Assembly (NCBI GenBank): GCA_043813805.1
Contig: JBDRKR010000010.1
Coordinates: 16,696 to 80,695 of the forward strand
Direction of reading: 5' to 3'
Length of the DNA: 64,000 nt
Origin: Candidatus Nealsonbacteria bacterium
GTDB taxonomy: Bacteria > Patescibacteriota > Minisyncoccia > Minisyncoccales > MHMH01
Numbering within the stretch: position 1 is the first letter of the stretch; the number at the start of each line of letters is the position of its first letter. The notes under the pieces are model-generated. The model searched no databases. It saw only the letters and a program-made list of their open reading frames with translations, and had not been told where the DNA came from. Of this stretch, positions 1 through 9,650 are shown one piece after another. Both the position numbers and the translations under genes were made by a program.

Positions 1-42
1 ATCGCGGGCGCTAAGATCCGCTGTGCATTTTTTTACGGCCAT
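1..42 (-). CDS. 5' end of a gene running off the window (MAVKKCTADLSARD...), probably co-transcribed with leuA
   Basis: ATG at 42 on - strand, GGAGG SD (forward cctcc 50-54), 18 nt after the leuA stop; open to window edge. Confidence 0.55.
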   Translation of the reverse strand, partial: MAVKKCTADLSARD

Positions 43-60
43 TTTTTCTCCTCCAGCTTT

Positions 61-1572
61 TTATTTTTTCGTGGCTAAAAACCGGTTCAGGGCGTTGATG
101 TAGGCTTTGGCGCTGGCGACAATAATATCTGTATCCATGCCGCGGCCTGTGTAAAAAACGCCGTTGCTTTCTATCTTGATTAAGACTTCGCCGATCGCGT
201 CAATGCCTTCAGTGATTGACTTCACCGTAAATTCAGTCAAAAGGTTGGGAATGTTCAGCGTCGTATTAATCGCCTTATACACTGCGTCCACCGGACCCGT
301 ACCAAGGGCTGATCCTTCCAGAATTTTTCCGTCAGGCCCGATGATTCTGATGCCGGCCATGGGAATGCCCCGGTCGCCGCACGACACCTGAAGCCGGTCA
401 AGATGATATATTTCAGAAACAATCGCTTGTTTCTGGATCACCAGCGATAAGATATCGGCGTCGGTAATCTCTTTCTTTTTGTCCGCCAATTTTTTAAAAT
501 CGGCGAAAAGCGATTCTAAAAGAGTTTCATTCAGATGATAACCCAGTTCAATCAGGCGTTCTCTAAAGGCGTGGCGGCCGCTCGTTTTCCCCAGGACCAT
601 ATCGCTGGAAGGGGCGCCGACAGATGACGGTTTGATTATTTGGAAAGTTTCCTCGTTCTTCAGCATGCCGTCAACGTGCAGGCCCGATGAGTGGCGGAAA
701 GCGTTAGCGCCGATAATCGCCTTGTTGGATTGGACCGCAAAACCGGTCAAATAACTTACCAAGCGGCTCGTTCCGTAAAACTGGGTGGTGTTGATGCCGG
801 TTGCTAAGCCAAAATAATCCTGCCGCGTTTTAATTGCCATCACTATCTCTTCCAGAGCGGCATTGCCGGCTCTTTCTCCGATGCCGTTAATCGTTCCTTC
901 CACTTGCCGGGCACCGTATTTGATGCCCGCCAAGCTGTTGGCGACAGCCAGTCCCAAGTCGTCGTGACAATGGACGCTGACCACAGTATCGCCAAGATTG
1001 AGCACGTTTTGGAAAACCTCCTCAATCAGCTTGCCGAACTGTTCGGGCATGGCCCAGCCCACGGTGTCGGGGATATTTACGGTGGTCGCTCCGGCATCAA
1101 TAACCGCTTTAAGCAACTGATAGACATAATATTTGTCGGTGCGGCTGGCATCCATCGCCGAAAATTCAATATTAGCGCAATATTTTTTGGCATGGGCCAC
1201 TGCTTCTGTTGCCATTTGGAGGATTTCTCCCCGGCTTTTTTTCAACTGATAAAACAGATGGATGTCCGAAGATGAAATCACGATATGGATGCGCGGATTC
1301 GCCGCTTTTTTGACGGCTTCCCAGCTTTCGTCGATCGCTTTGAAATTAGCGTGCGTCAGCACGCAGATTGACGGCAGCCGCACCTTTTGAGCAATCATTC
1401 TGACGGCTTCAAAATCGCCGGGCGAAGTAACCGGAAAGCCCGCCTCAATTACGTCAACTTGCAGTTTTTCCAGTTGCCGGGCGATTTCTAATTTTTCCTG
1501 GACGTTGAGCGAGCCGCCGGCCGCCTGTTCGCCGTCTCTGAGAGTCGTGTCGAAAATAATCACTTTTTCCAA
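61..1572 (-). CDS. leuA: 2-isopropylmalate synthase (LeuA)-family DRE-TIM metallolyase with C-terminal regulatory domain
   Basis: [27 protein letters not shown] and G-GPVDA motifs; TTG start after AAGGAGG. Confidence 0.88.
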   Translation of the reverse strand: MEKVIIFDTTLRDGEQAAGGSLNVQEKLEIARQLEKLQVDVIEAGFPVTSPGDFEAVRMIAQKVRLPSICVLTHANFKAIDESWEAVKKAANPRIHIVISSSDIHLFYQLKKSRGEILQMATEAVAHAKKYCANIEFSAMDASRTDKYYVYQLLKAVIDAGATTVNIPDTVGWAMPEQFGKLIEEVFQNVLNLGDTVVSVHCHDDLGLAVANSLAGIKYGARQVEGTINGIGERAGNAALEEIVMAIKTRQDYFGLATGINTTQFYGTSRLVSYLTGFAVQSNKAIIGANAFRHSSGLHVDGMLKNEETFQIIKPSSVGAPSSDMVLGKTSGRHAFRERLIELGYHLNETLLESLFADFKKLADKKKEITDADILSLVIQKQAIVSEIYHLDRLQVSCGDRGIPMAGIRIIGPDGKILEGSALGTGPVDAVYKAINTTLNIPNLLTEFTVKSITEGIDAIGEVLIKIESNGVFYTGRGMDTDIIVASAKAYINALNRFLATKK

Positions 1573-1651
1573 ATCAGTTTTTTACCTCCTTATTCTGTTT
1601 TCAAGTTGCTTTGAGATAGCTCATTTTATCAGATTAAAAATAAAAATCAAT

Positions 1652-1690
1652 AAAACAAAAAGCCCCTCGCTAAGCGGGGGACTGTTTGTT
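1652..1690 (-). terminator. Rho-independent terminator after SWIB gene
   Basis: cccctcgc-taa-gcggggg stem with adjacent A tract on + strand (U tract on -). Confidence 0.6.
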
Positions 1691-1715
1691 TGAAGCATTC
1701 GAGCTCGAATACTTA

Positions 1716-1970
1716 CTAAGAAAGATGCTTAGAAACCAACTTCGTCATCTCGAACATGTTAACAACGCCCTTTCCGCTGAAAACCTTCTTCAGGTTAGCA
1801 TCGGCGTTGATATTCCTTTTGTTCTTCTTGTCCTGAAGGTCGTTCTTCTTGATGTAAATCCAAAGTTTTTTGACAACTTCGGATCTCGGCATCGGACCTT
1901 TGCCGACGACAGCAGCTAAATCTTCGCTGACCTTCATCGGTTTCATGAACGCGGAATTTGATTTTGCCAT
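1716..1970 (-). CDS. SWIB/MDM2 domain protein
   Basis: PRSEVVKKLWIYIKKNDLQD...INADANLKKVF...MFEMTKLVSKHL signature. Confidence 0.9.
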   Translation of the reverse strand: MAKSNSAFMKPMKVSEDLAAVVGKGPMPRSEVVKKLWIYIKKNDLQDKKNKRNINADANLKKVFSGKGVVNMFEMTKLVSKHLS

Positions 1971-2101
1971 TGTTTTTTTAAATTATTAATTAACGCGACC
2001 TTTTTTAAGACTATACGACAAACTTCGTTCTTTAGTAAAGCATACTATACCCTGAGAACTTTGACAAGCCGTACCCGGTATGGGAAAATGGAAATACACA
2101 T

Positions 2102-3079
2102 ATGAAAAACACCACTACCAAACATAATACGCCAAGAGATGTCTTTTTGCACCTCTTGAACATCCTTACTTTTTATTTAAGCGTCATCGGTTTTATTACG
2201 CTTTACATCCAGTATATCTCGACTCTTTTCCCGGACCCTCTCAATTTTTATTATACGGCAATAGCTAATGCGGTCAGGGTTTCGACTTCGATGTTTGTCG
2301 TGGCCGTGCCGGTTTTTATTCTGACTTCCTGGCTTTTGGCAAAAGACCTTAAGATCAATCCCGAGAAGCGGGAGGGGAGACTGCGCAAATGGCTAATTTA
2401 TTTAACGCTTTTCATCTCGGCAGTCACCATCATCGTCAACCTGATCATCTTCGTTTATAACTTTTTAAGCGGGGAACTGACGATCCAGTTCTTTTTGAAG
2501 ATTCTGGACGTGCTCTTGGTGGCCTTGGCGGTATTCGGCTATTATATCTGGGAACTGAGAAGAAAGGATGCGAGCACTTCTAAAATACCGAAAATTCTCG
2601 CTTGGGCGCTTTCCTTTGTCGTTGTTGCAAGCATCGTTGCCGGGTTTTTCATTATCGGTACGCCCGGAGAACAGAGAGCGAGGCGTTTTGACGAACAAAG
2701 AGTGGGCGACCTCCAGTCGTTGCAGGGTCAGATCGTCAATTATTGGATTCAGAAAGAGGCCTTGCCTTCGGGTCTTAATCTTCTTGAAGACAGCATTTCC
2801 GGATTTTTCGTGTCCAAAGACCCCGAATCCCAAGCTTCCTACGAATATAATATCTTGAGTCCGCTTTCTTTCGAATTGTGCGCCGAGTTTAAAACCTCAG
2901 TTAAGGATTTTAATGTCGCCTACAAGGGTTCAAGAGTTTTCTATTCAGAGCCCATGTATTACGGCTCATCCTTCCAGCAGAATTGGGATCACGCTGCTGA
3001 AAGAACGTGCTTCGAAAGGACCATCGATCCGGAACTCTACAAACCCAAGCAAATCCCCACAGCGATTCCTACAATATAG
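2102..3079 (+). CDS. DUF5671-like multi-pass membrane protein with C-terminal pilin-like extracellular domain
   Basis: about 5 TM segments; RKWLIYLTLF and GTPGEQRARRFDEQRVGDL motifs typical of this CPR family. Confidence 0.7.
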   Translation: MKNTTTKHNTPRDVFLHLLNILTFYLSVIGFITLYIQYISTLFPDPLNFYYTAIANAVRVSTSMFVVAVPVFILTSWLLAKDLKINPEKREGRLRKWLIYLTLFISAVTIIVNLIIFVYNFLSGELTIQFFLKILDVLLVALAVFGYYIWELRRKDASTSKIPKILAWALSFVVVASIVAGFFIIGTPGEQRARRFDEQRVGDLQSLQGQIVNYWIQKEALPSGLNLLEDSISGFFVSKDPESQASYEYNILSPLSFELCAEFKTSVKDFNVAYKGSRVFYSEPMYYGSSFQQNWDHAAERTCFERTIDPELYKPKQIPTAIPTI

Positions 3080-3103
3080 CTTACAATAATACTGCAGCTA
3101 AAA

Positions 3104-3126
3104 TGAAAGAGGTTAAACCTCTTTCA
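3104..3126. repeat. REP-like palindrome family 1, TGAAAGAGG-N5-CCTCTTTCA (copy 1)
   Basis: Further copies at 9544, 10972, 19510, 23819, 43656. Confidence 0.9.
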
Positions 3127-3197
3127 TTTTTGTTACTTGCTTTTTTAGGGAATAGGCGTATGATGAAAGCAGAGGTTAACTTTTGGGAGCACGTATT

Positions 3198-3416
3198 ATG
3201 ACCAAAAAACAGCAATTTTTATCAGAACACAACCGATTGGCCTCTTTCGACATGCAAGCGACAGCTTCCATGCTGACTCTTTTTAAAACAGAAAAACCGG
3301 CTATTTTTAAAGACAATAACTGGTCCACAGAAAAACTGCGCAGGCCTTTCATTTTCTGGATGACATCCTTGACTCCCAAAGAAAAAGAAGATTTTATCAG
3401 GGCCGAGAAAGCGTAA
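3198..3416 (+). CDS. hypothetical protein (72 aa)
   Basis: ORF with ATG at 3198 after GGGAG; fills the gap before ppdK. Confidence 0.6.
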   Translation: MTKKQQFLSEHNRLASFDMQATASMLTLFKTEKPAIFKDNNWSTEKLRRPFIFWMTSLTPKEKEDFIRAEKA

Positions 3417-3503
3417 TTCATTAATTTAATATTTTCAAACAGTCAGCCCCGTGAAGGGGTTTTGTTGTTTACGAAATCAAATCGAACGTGTAAGATATAT
3501 ATT

Positions 3504-6161
3504 ATGATGAAAAAAACCCAAAAGTTTATTTATTATTTCGGAGGCAAAAAAGCCGAAGGTTCCAAAGACATGAAGGATTTGCTGGGCGGCAAAGGAGCTA
3601 ATTTGGCGGAGATGATTAATTTGGGCATTCCGGTTCCGCCCGGGTTTACCGTCACCACAAAAGTCTGCAATTATTCTTATCAATATAAGGGCAAATTGCC
3701 TCAGGGATTCGATGTTCAGTTCAAAAAGACGGTCGAGAGATTGGAGAAAGAAGCCGGCAAAAAACTGGGCGATGCCAAAGATCCTTTATTGGTGTCGATC
3801 AGAAGCGGTTCGAAGTTTTCCATGCCCGGCATGATGGATACGATTTTAAACCTGGGGTTAAACGACGAAATCGTCGAGGGTCTGGCTGTAAAAACAAAAA
3901 ATCCGAGATTCGCCTTCGACGCTTACCGGAGGTTCATTCAAATGTTCGGCAATATCGTTTTGGCCGTACCCAAAGAAGAATTCGAGCATATTTTAACCAA
4001 GAGCAAGGAGGCGCTGGGCGTTAAGTTTGATACCGAGATTCGCGAAGAAGGTTTAAAAAATATCATCGCTCAATACAAAGCTTTAATTAAGCGCAAAACC
4101 AATTCTGAAATTCCTCAAGATGTTTTGTGTCAATTGGTTATGGCTCGCGACGCTGTTTTTAAGAGCTGGGGCAATCCGCGGGCTGTTACTTACCGCAGAT
4201 TAAATAAGATTTCCGAGAGCTTGGGCACGGCCGTTAATGTTCAGGTAATGGTTTTTGGCAATACGGGTGATACCGGCGCCACGGGGGTCGGATTTACGCG
4301 CGATCCTTCAACCGGCGAGAAGAAATTTTACGGCGAGTATCTGACCAATGCCCAAGGCGAGGATGTTGTAGCCGGCATTCGCACTCCAAAACAGATTACC
4401 AATTTGGCTCAAGAAATGCCCGCTATTTTCAAGCAGCTTTTGACCGCTACGACTCGTTTGGAAAAACACTATCGCGATATCCAGGATTTTGAATTTACCA
4501 TTGAAAATGGAAAGCTGTTTTTATTGCAGACGAGAACCGGCAAAAGGACCGCGGCCGCCGCCGTCAAAATCGCCGTTGATATGGTGAAAGAAAAATTGAT
4601 TACTAAAGAAGAGGCTTTGATGCGCATCGATCCCGATCAAATCAATCAATTATTGCATCCTATTATTGATCCTAAGGCAAAAGTTAATGTTATCGCCAAA
4701 GGTCTGCCGGCTTCTCCCGGAGCGGCTTCGGGCAAGGTTGTTTTTACGGCCGATAAAGCGGTGCAACTGGCTGATGAAAAATTAATTTTAGTCCGCACGG
4801 AAACCTGTCCCGACGATATTCACGGCATGGATGCGGCCCAGGGTATTTTAACGGCCCGGGGCGGCATGACGAGTCACGCCGCGGTCGTGGCTCGCGGCAT
4901 GGGCAAGTGCTGCATCGCCGGCTGCGAAGAAATAAAAATTAATGAAGCAAAAGGAGAGTTCCGTGTCGGAAATATTATTGTCAAAGAAGGGGATGTAATA
5001 ACCTTGGACGGCAGCACGGGTCGGGTGATTTTAGGAAAAGTGCCGACCATCGATTCGGCGTTAAGTTCAGAATTCAATTATCTGATGGACATTGTCGATA
5101 AAACCAAGAAATTGGGAGTCAGAGCCAACGCCGATATTCCCAGGGACGCCAAAACCGCCAGGAAGTTCGGAGCTCAAGGCATTGGGCTCTGCCGCACCGA
5201 ACACATGTTTTTTGACGAAGCTCGCCTGCCGATAATGCAAAAAATGATTTTATCGGAAGACGAAGCTTCGCGAAGAAAAGCTTTGCAGGAATTGCTGCCT
5301 TTCCAGAAAGAGGATTTTAAGGGCCTGTTCAGCGAAATGGAAGGGCATGCCGTAACAATCAGAATGATTGATCCGCCGTTGCACGAATTTTTGCCGAAAA
5401 ATGAAATTGAGGCGCAAAAGCTTTCCGAAAAAATCGGCATACCTGCGGCCAAGATTTTAGCCAAGTCAGACGAGCTCCATGAAGTAAATCCTATGCTCGG
5501 GCACCGGGGCTGCCGTTTGGGAATCACTTATCCCGAAATCACGGAAATGCAGACAAGGGCTATTATTTCTGCCGCCTGCGAATTGTACAAAGAAAAAAAG
5601 ATCAGGGTTGTCCCTGAAATCATGATTCCCTTGGTGGGCGATGTAGCTGAATTTAGAAATCAAAAAGAAATCGTCGACAGGGTGGCTATGGAGGTCATGA
5701 AACAATACGGAGCCAAAATAATTTATACCGTGGGCACGATGATTGAGGTTCCCAGGGCGGCCATTACCGCCGATAAGATTGCCAAAGAAGCCGAATTCTT
5801 TTCTTTCGGCACAAACGACCTGACTCAAATGGGCATGGGATTTTCGCGGGATGATGCCGCCAAATTCACTAAAGTATATCTGGAAAAGAAGATTCTTAAA
5901 GCCGATCCGTTCCAAACCTTAGATCAAGAGGGTATTGGGCAACTTATAATTTTGGGGATTAAAAAGGGCAGATCTGTGAAAAAGAATCTGAAAATAGGCA
6001 TTTGCGGAGAGCACGGCGGCGATCCGGAAAGCGTCAAATTCTGTCATAGAGCCGGCATGGATTATGTCAGCTGTTCGCCCTACCGGGTTTCTATTGCGAA
6101 ATTTGCCGCCGCTCAAGCGGTCATCGAAGATAAGCTGAAAATCGAATATACTTCCAAATAG
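3504..6161 (+). CDS. ppdK: pyruvate, phosphate dikinase
   Basis: LLGGKGANLAEM, SMPGMMDT, GGMTSHAAVVAR (phospho-His), GTNDLTQ, GICGEHGG; ATG 3504 preferred over the TTG at 3462. Confidence 0.97.
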   Translation: MMKKTQKFIYYFGGKKAEGSKDMKDLLGGKGANLAEMINLGIPVPPGFTVTTKVCNYSYQYKGKLPQGFDVQFKKTVERLEKEAGKKLGDAKDPLLVSIRSGSKFSMPGMMDTILNLGLNDEIVEGLAVKTKNPRFAFDAYRRFIQMFGNIVLAVPKEEFEHILTKSKEALGVKFDTEIREEGLKNIIAQYKALIKRKTNSEIPQDVLCQLVMARDAVFKSWGNPRAVTYRRLNKISESLGTAVNVQVMVFGNTGDTGATGVGFTRDPSTGEKKFYGEYLTNAQGEDVVAGIRTPKQITNLAQEMPAIFKQLLTATTRLEKHYRDIQDFEFTIENGKLFLLQTRTGKRTAAAAVKIAVDMVKEKLITKEEALMRIDPDQINQLLHPIIDPKAKVNVIAKGLPASPGAASGKVVFTADKAVQLADEKLILVRTETCPDDIHGMDAAQGILTARGGMTSHAAVVARGMGKCCIAGCEEIKINEAKGEFRVGNIIVKEGDVITLDGSTGRVILGKVPTIDSALSSEFNYLMDIVDKTKKLGVRANADIPRDAKTARKFGAQGIGLCRTEHMFFDEARLPIMQKMILSEDEASRRKALQELLPFQKEDFKGLFSEMEGHAVTIRMIDPPLHEFLPKNEIEAQKLSEKIGIPAAKILAKSDELHEVNPMLGHRGCRLGITYPEITEMQTRAIISAACELYKEKKIRVVPEIMIPLVGDVAEFRNQKEIVDRVAMEVMKQYGAKIIYTVGTMIEVPRAAITADKIAKEAEFFSFGTNDLTQMGMGFSRDDAAKFTKVYLEKKILKADPFQTLDQEGIGQLIILGIKKGRSVKKNLKIGICGEHGGDPESVKFCHRAGMDYVSCSPYRVSIAKFAAAQAVIEDKLKIEYTSK

Positions 6162-6170
6162 CAGACAAAC

Positions 6171-6205
6171 AAATCCCGCCGGGAAATCCGGCGGGGTTTT
6201 GTTTT
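6171..6205 (+). terminator. Rho-independent terminator after ppdK
   Basis: cccgccgg-gaaat-ccggcgggg followed by ttttgtttt. Confidence 0.8.
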
Positions 6206-6286
6206 GACAAAATGTTTCAAAAATGGCAAACTGACATGGCGTAAAAGTATTGATCTTTCACATTTTTATATAGAGGAGGTGCCGGA

Positions 6287-6742
6287 ATGGCAGCTGAACA
6301 GGAAGTTGTCGTCATTGATTTAGACGGAACCATTACTCGGCATGGTTTTTTCAACCTTAATATACCTCTGCCCTGGTGGTCGTGGTTTTTTTTAAGCCCC
6401 TTTTTTTTGGTTGTTTATGTTTTGGCATCAAAGCCCAAAAAAGGAATAGCAGAAAAAATGCGGGCAATGAAGAAACGAGGTTGTCGGTTTGTAATTTTAA
6501 CGCGCCGGCCACATCAGTTCTTTTGTTTCTGGATTACTAAACGATTGCTGTTATTCCATCGCATACCATTCGATAATCTTTTCTGCGTCGGGTTTGGCAG
6601 GGGAGCAAATGAACGGAAGCTGAAAATTATTAAAGAAATAAAGGCAAAGGCGTTTGTTGACAGCGACAAGCACATGGTCGAGTTTATGCAAAAAAACTCG
6701 GTTAATGCGGTAATAAGTCTCGAATATCTCGATTATAATTAA
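6287..6742 (+). CDS. HAD-superfamily-like protein
   Basis: IDLDGTI (DxD motif I), ILTRR motif II, K and FVDSD motifs III/IV; GGAGG SD. Confidence 0.65.
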   Translation: MAAEQEVVVIDLDGTITRHGFFNLNIPLPWWSWFFLSPFFLVVYVLASKPKKGIAEKMRAMKKRGCRFVILTRRPHQFFCFWITKRLLLFHRIPFDNLFCVGFGRGANERKLKIIKEIKAKAFVDSDKHMVEFMQKNSVNAVISLEYLDYN

Positions 6743-6811
6743 GAAAACCCCGTTCGTTAGCTCGGACGGGGTTTTACAATAGGATTTTATTACTGTAGAA
6801 TTTAAAAATAT

Positions 6812-7174
6812 ATGATTTTCTTCACATATTTCAAAAACCTGTTAAATAGCTTCAAGTTCGCCTTTTCGGGCATGAAATTAATCATTAAAGAAGAGTATGC
6901 TTTCAGGGTCATGCTTTTAGCGGCGGTTCTGGTGATTGTCGGCATGTTTTATTTTAATCTGCCCGTGATGCAAAAGGCGGTTTTGTTCATCATGATTTTC
7001 TTAGTCCTGATTTTAGAGCTGATTAATTCGGTCGTTGAAGAAGTTTTGGATTTTATTCATCCTGGATTCAACGGAAAAGTAAAAATCATCAAAGATATGC
7101 TGGCGGGCATGGTGTTGCTCGCTTCTTTAGGCGCGGCCATAATTGGCCTGTTAATCTTCCTGCCGTATTTTTAA
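6812..7174 (+). CDS. dgkA: prokaryotic diacylglycerol/undecaprenol kinase (DgkA family)
   Basis: SFKFAFSG, LELINSVVEEVLD, IKDMLAG; 3 TM. Confidence 0.85.
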   Translation: MIFFTYFKNLLNSFKFAFSGMKLIIKEEYAFRVMLLAAVLVIVGMFYFNLPVMQKAVLFIMIFLVLILELINSVVEEVLDFIHPGFNGKVKIIKDMLAGMVLLASLGAAIIGLLIFLPYF

Positions 7175-7251
7175 CAGCTTGACTTTTCGGGAAAATTGAT
7201 TAAGATAATCTATAGCTCTTTGGACAAAATAGCGTAAGAGGAGGGCAGATA

Positions 7252-7749
7252 ATGACTCTATGGAATGTTTCTCTCAAACAGCGGCAAGTGTTCATCAAGG
7301 TGAAAGAGGTTCTTCAAAAAGGGCAGGGATTTAAGATTATTGTTGACAACCGGGGAAAACAGCATCGGCTTTCCGAAGTCGATTTCCCTTCTTTCTATTG
7401 GAAGGAAATCGTCGTAGGCTCAACGATTACCTTAACCGTTTCAGAGGTTGTGACGCGTTGGCAAGTCCAGTCGCCGAAGATCGAAAAAAGCATCAAAAAG
7501 TTTATCGCTGAAGCGCAAAAAAAGAATTCAGGTCTTTTTTTTCTTTGGATTTGCGAGCACTGCAGAACGACCGGCTGCGTTGAATATGAGGACGGAGACG
7601 ATTCTCAGATAATCGCCGGACATATCATTTCGGCTCATCGGAAAGAAGCCAAACCGGATTGTTCGCAAGAGGCTATCCGTATCTTTGATCACCGGGGTGA
7701 AGAACAGAAAAATTCCGAGCTGTTGTTATCCTGTTGTAAGGTAGCGTAG
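7252..7749 (+). CDS. hypothetical protein with CxxC/His possible zinc-binding C-terminal region
   Basis: ORF with own promoter, GGAGG SD and downstream terminator; WICEHC...H...C. Confidence 0.6.
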   Translation: MTLWNVSLKQRQVFIKVKEVLQKGQGFKIIVDNRGKQHRLSEVDFPSFYWKEIVVGSTITLTVSEVVTRWQVQSPKIEKSIKKFIAEAQKKNSGLFFLWICEHCRTTGCVEYEDGDDSQIIAGHIISAHRKEAKPDCSQEAIRIFDHRGEEQKNSELLLSCCKVA

Positions 7750-7862
7750 TTAAAGAAAAGGTCCCAGCCAAATTGCCGGGACCTTTTTGTTTTGACAAAA
7801 CATCTCAAAAAGAGGATAATTAAAAAAGAAAGGCATTATTAATAATTAACCGTTTAAAAAAT

Positions 7863-8636
7863 ATGATGGGTGCAATTTACGTAGTTTTAATCATAGTCTT
7901 ATTTATCATTTTAATTTCCATCAAGCAGATTACCCAATATCAAAGAGGGTTGAGATTTACTTTCGGCCGATTCTCGGGGCTGATGAATCCCGGATGGCGG
8001 CTCGTCTGGCCGATCATCCAGTTTTACAAGAAAGTGGATTTAAGGGTGAAAGCCGTGGACGTGCCTAACCAGGAAGCCATTACCAAAGACAATATTTCGG
8101 TTTCGGTCAATGCCGTGATTTATTATCGGATTAAGGAGGCCGATAAGGCGGTTTTGGAAGTGGAGGACTTTTTCTACGCCATTTCGCAATTGGCCCAAAC
8201 AACCATGAGAAATGCCGTGGGCCAAGTGGACTTGGACGAGCTGCTTTCCGCCAGAGACAGGGTTTCAGAAAATATCAGAGCCATTATCGACAAAGCCAGC
8301 GATCCGTGGGGGATTGCGGTAATTAACGTGGAGCTCAAAGACATCACTTTGCCCGAAGAAATGAAACGCGTCATCGGCAAGCAGGCCGAAGCCGAAAGAG
8401 AAAAAAGAGCCATTATCATCAAGGCCGAAGGCGAAGTGATTGCCGCCGCCAACATGGCTAAGGCCGCCAATACCTTGTCGGAGTCCAGTGGCGCTCTCCA
8501 TTTGCGGACATTGCAGTCAATCAATGACATCAGCTCGGACCAGTCAAACACCATTGTTTTTGCCGTTCCATTGGAAATTCTCAGGGCCTTTGAAGGATTC
8601 GGTAAAAAATCGCTTAAAGACGAAGAGAAGAAATAA
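7863..8636 (+). CDS. SPFH/band-7 (slipin/stomatin) family membrane protein
   Basis: N-terminal TM, ITKDNISVSVNAV, AQTTMR, QAEAEREKRA. Confidence 0.92.
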   Translation: MMGAIYVVLIIVLFIILISIKQITQYQRGLRFTFGRFSGLMNPGWRLVWPIIQFYKKVDLRVKAVDVPNQEAITKDNISVSVNAVIYYRIKEADKAVLEVEDFFYAISQLAQTTMRNAVGQVDLDELLSARDRVSENIRAIIDKASDPWGIAVINVELKDITLPEEMKRVIGKQAEAEREKRAIIIKAEGEVIAAANMAKAANTLSESSGALHLRTLQSINDISSDQSNTIVFAVPLEILRAFEGFGKKSLKDEEKK

Positions 8637-8703
8637 ATACGAATCTGAAAGGAAAAACTCCGGGTTTTCACTCGGAGTTTTTTTGTTACTTAAGAGGGCG
8701 TTT

Positions 8704-9006
8704 TTAAGCGGGTACGGTATTCAGAATGGGAGCAGGGTTTACAACTTCTTTTGGATTTTCGGCCTGAATCGGTTTTTGTTCGAGCTCGAAACGGATTCTC
8801 GTATCAAGGCAATGATCGGATTGGACGGGAGCAGCGTTGTTTATGGTTGCTTTTTGCCAGTTTCTGGGTGCCGGGGTGGTGCGGCTGAAAAGAATGACTT
8901 CTTCCATTAGCTGTCCGCCGCATTCGCACGTTATCCTGCGGCAATTCATCGGATAGATGTTTCCGCAGTTTTCCTGACAGGCGAGTCCGTGAAGATAGTG
9001 TTGCAA
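8704..9006 (-). CDS. hypothetical protein with N-terminal zinc ribbon
   Basis: CQENC...CECGG; TTG start after AAGGAGG; TTGACA-16-TATACT promoter upstream on - strand. Confidence 0.6.
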   Translation of the reverse strand: MQHYLHGLACQENCGNIYPMNCRRITCECGGQLMEEVILFSRTTPAPRNWQKATINNAAPVQSDHCLDTRIRFELEQKPIQAENPKEVVNPAPILNTVPA

Positions 9007-9136
9007 TTTGCCCTCCTTTTTCTATTTTTACCGTTTCAATGTGCTACATGAGCTTAAGTATATTTCAGGCAGGGTAAATGTCAACCCCTGCGGATAAATG
9101 GACAAAATGTCCAAAAAAGAGGATAATTAAAACAGC

Positions 9137-9496
9137 ATGCAAAGCGATAGCGATTTCGAAAAATTAGTCAAAGAAGCCTTATCGGCTCTGCCCAAGCGTA
9201 TCCTGGAAAGAATGGACAACGTGGCTATTGTCATTGAAAAAAGGCCCACAAGGAGCCAGTTTCTCGGTCTTTATCAGGGAGTTCCTCAAAATGCTTGGGG
9301 CAGATCCTTCGGAATGAGATTGCCCGATAAGATCACCATTTTTCAGGAATCTTTGGAAAGAGCAGCCTCTTCTGAAAAAGAATTAAAAGAAATCGTCAGA
9401 GACACTGTTTGGCACGAAATTGCCCATCACTTCGGTTTTGATGAGAGAAAAGTCAGGGAACTCGAAGCCAAATGGCGCAAAAAGAGAATAAAATAA
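9137..9496 (+). CDS. zincin-like metallopeptidase (DUF1025 type)
   Basis: LGLYQGVP, PDKITIF, HEIAHHFG. Confidence 0.88.
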   Translation: MQSDSDFEKLVKEALSALPKRILERMDNVAIVIEKRPTRSQFLGLYQGVPQNAWGRSFGMRLPDKITIFQESLERAASSEKELKEIVRDTVWHEIAHHFGFDERKVRELEAKWRKKRIK

Positions 9497-9543
9497 AAGA
9501 CCGTCTCTCGCTGGGCGGTTTTTTGTTTTGACAAAGGTTTAAA

Positions 9544-9566
9544 TGAAAGAGGGTAAACCTCTTTCA
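9544..9566. repeat. REP-like palindrome family 1 (copy 2)
   Basis: tgaaagagg-gtaaa-cctctttca. Confidence 0.9.
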
Positions 9567-9650
9567 TTTTAAGAGTTGACGGCGGATGTGCTTGACCGCC
9601 TCAGGCGATTTATGTAAGGTAAATTAGCTATTTAAAAAGGAGGTGTTGTT

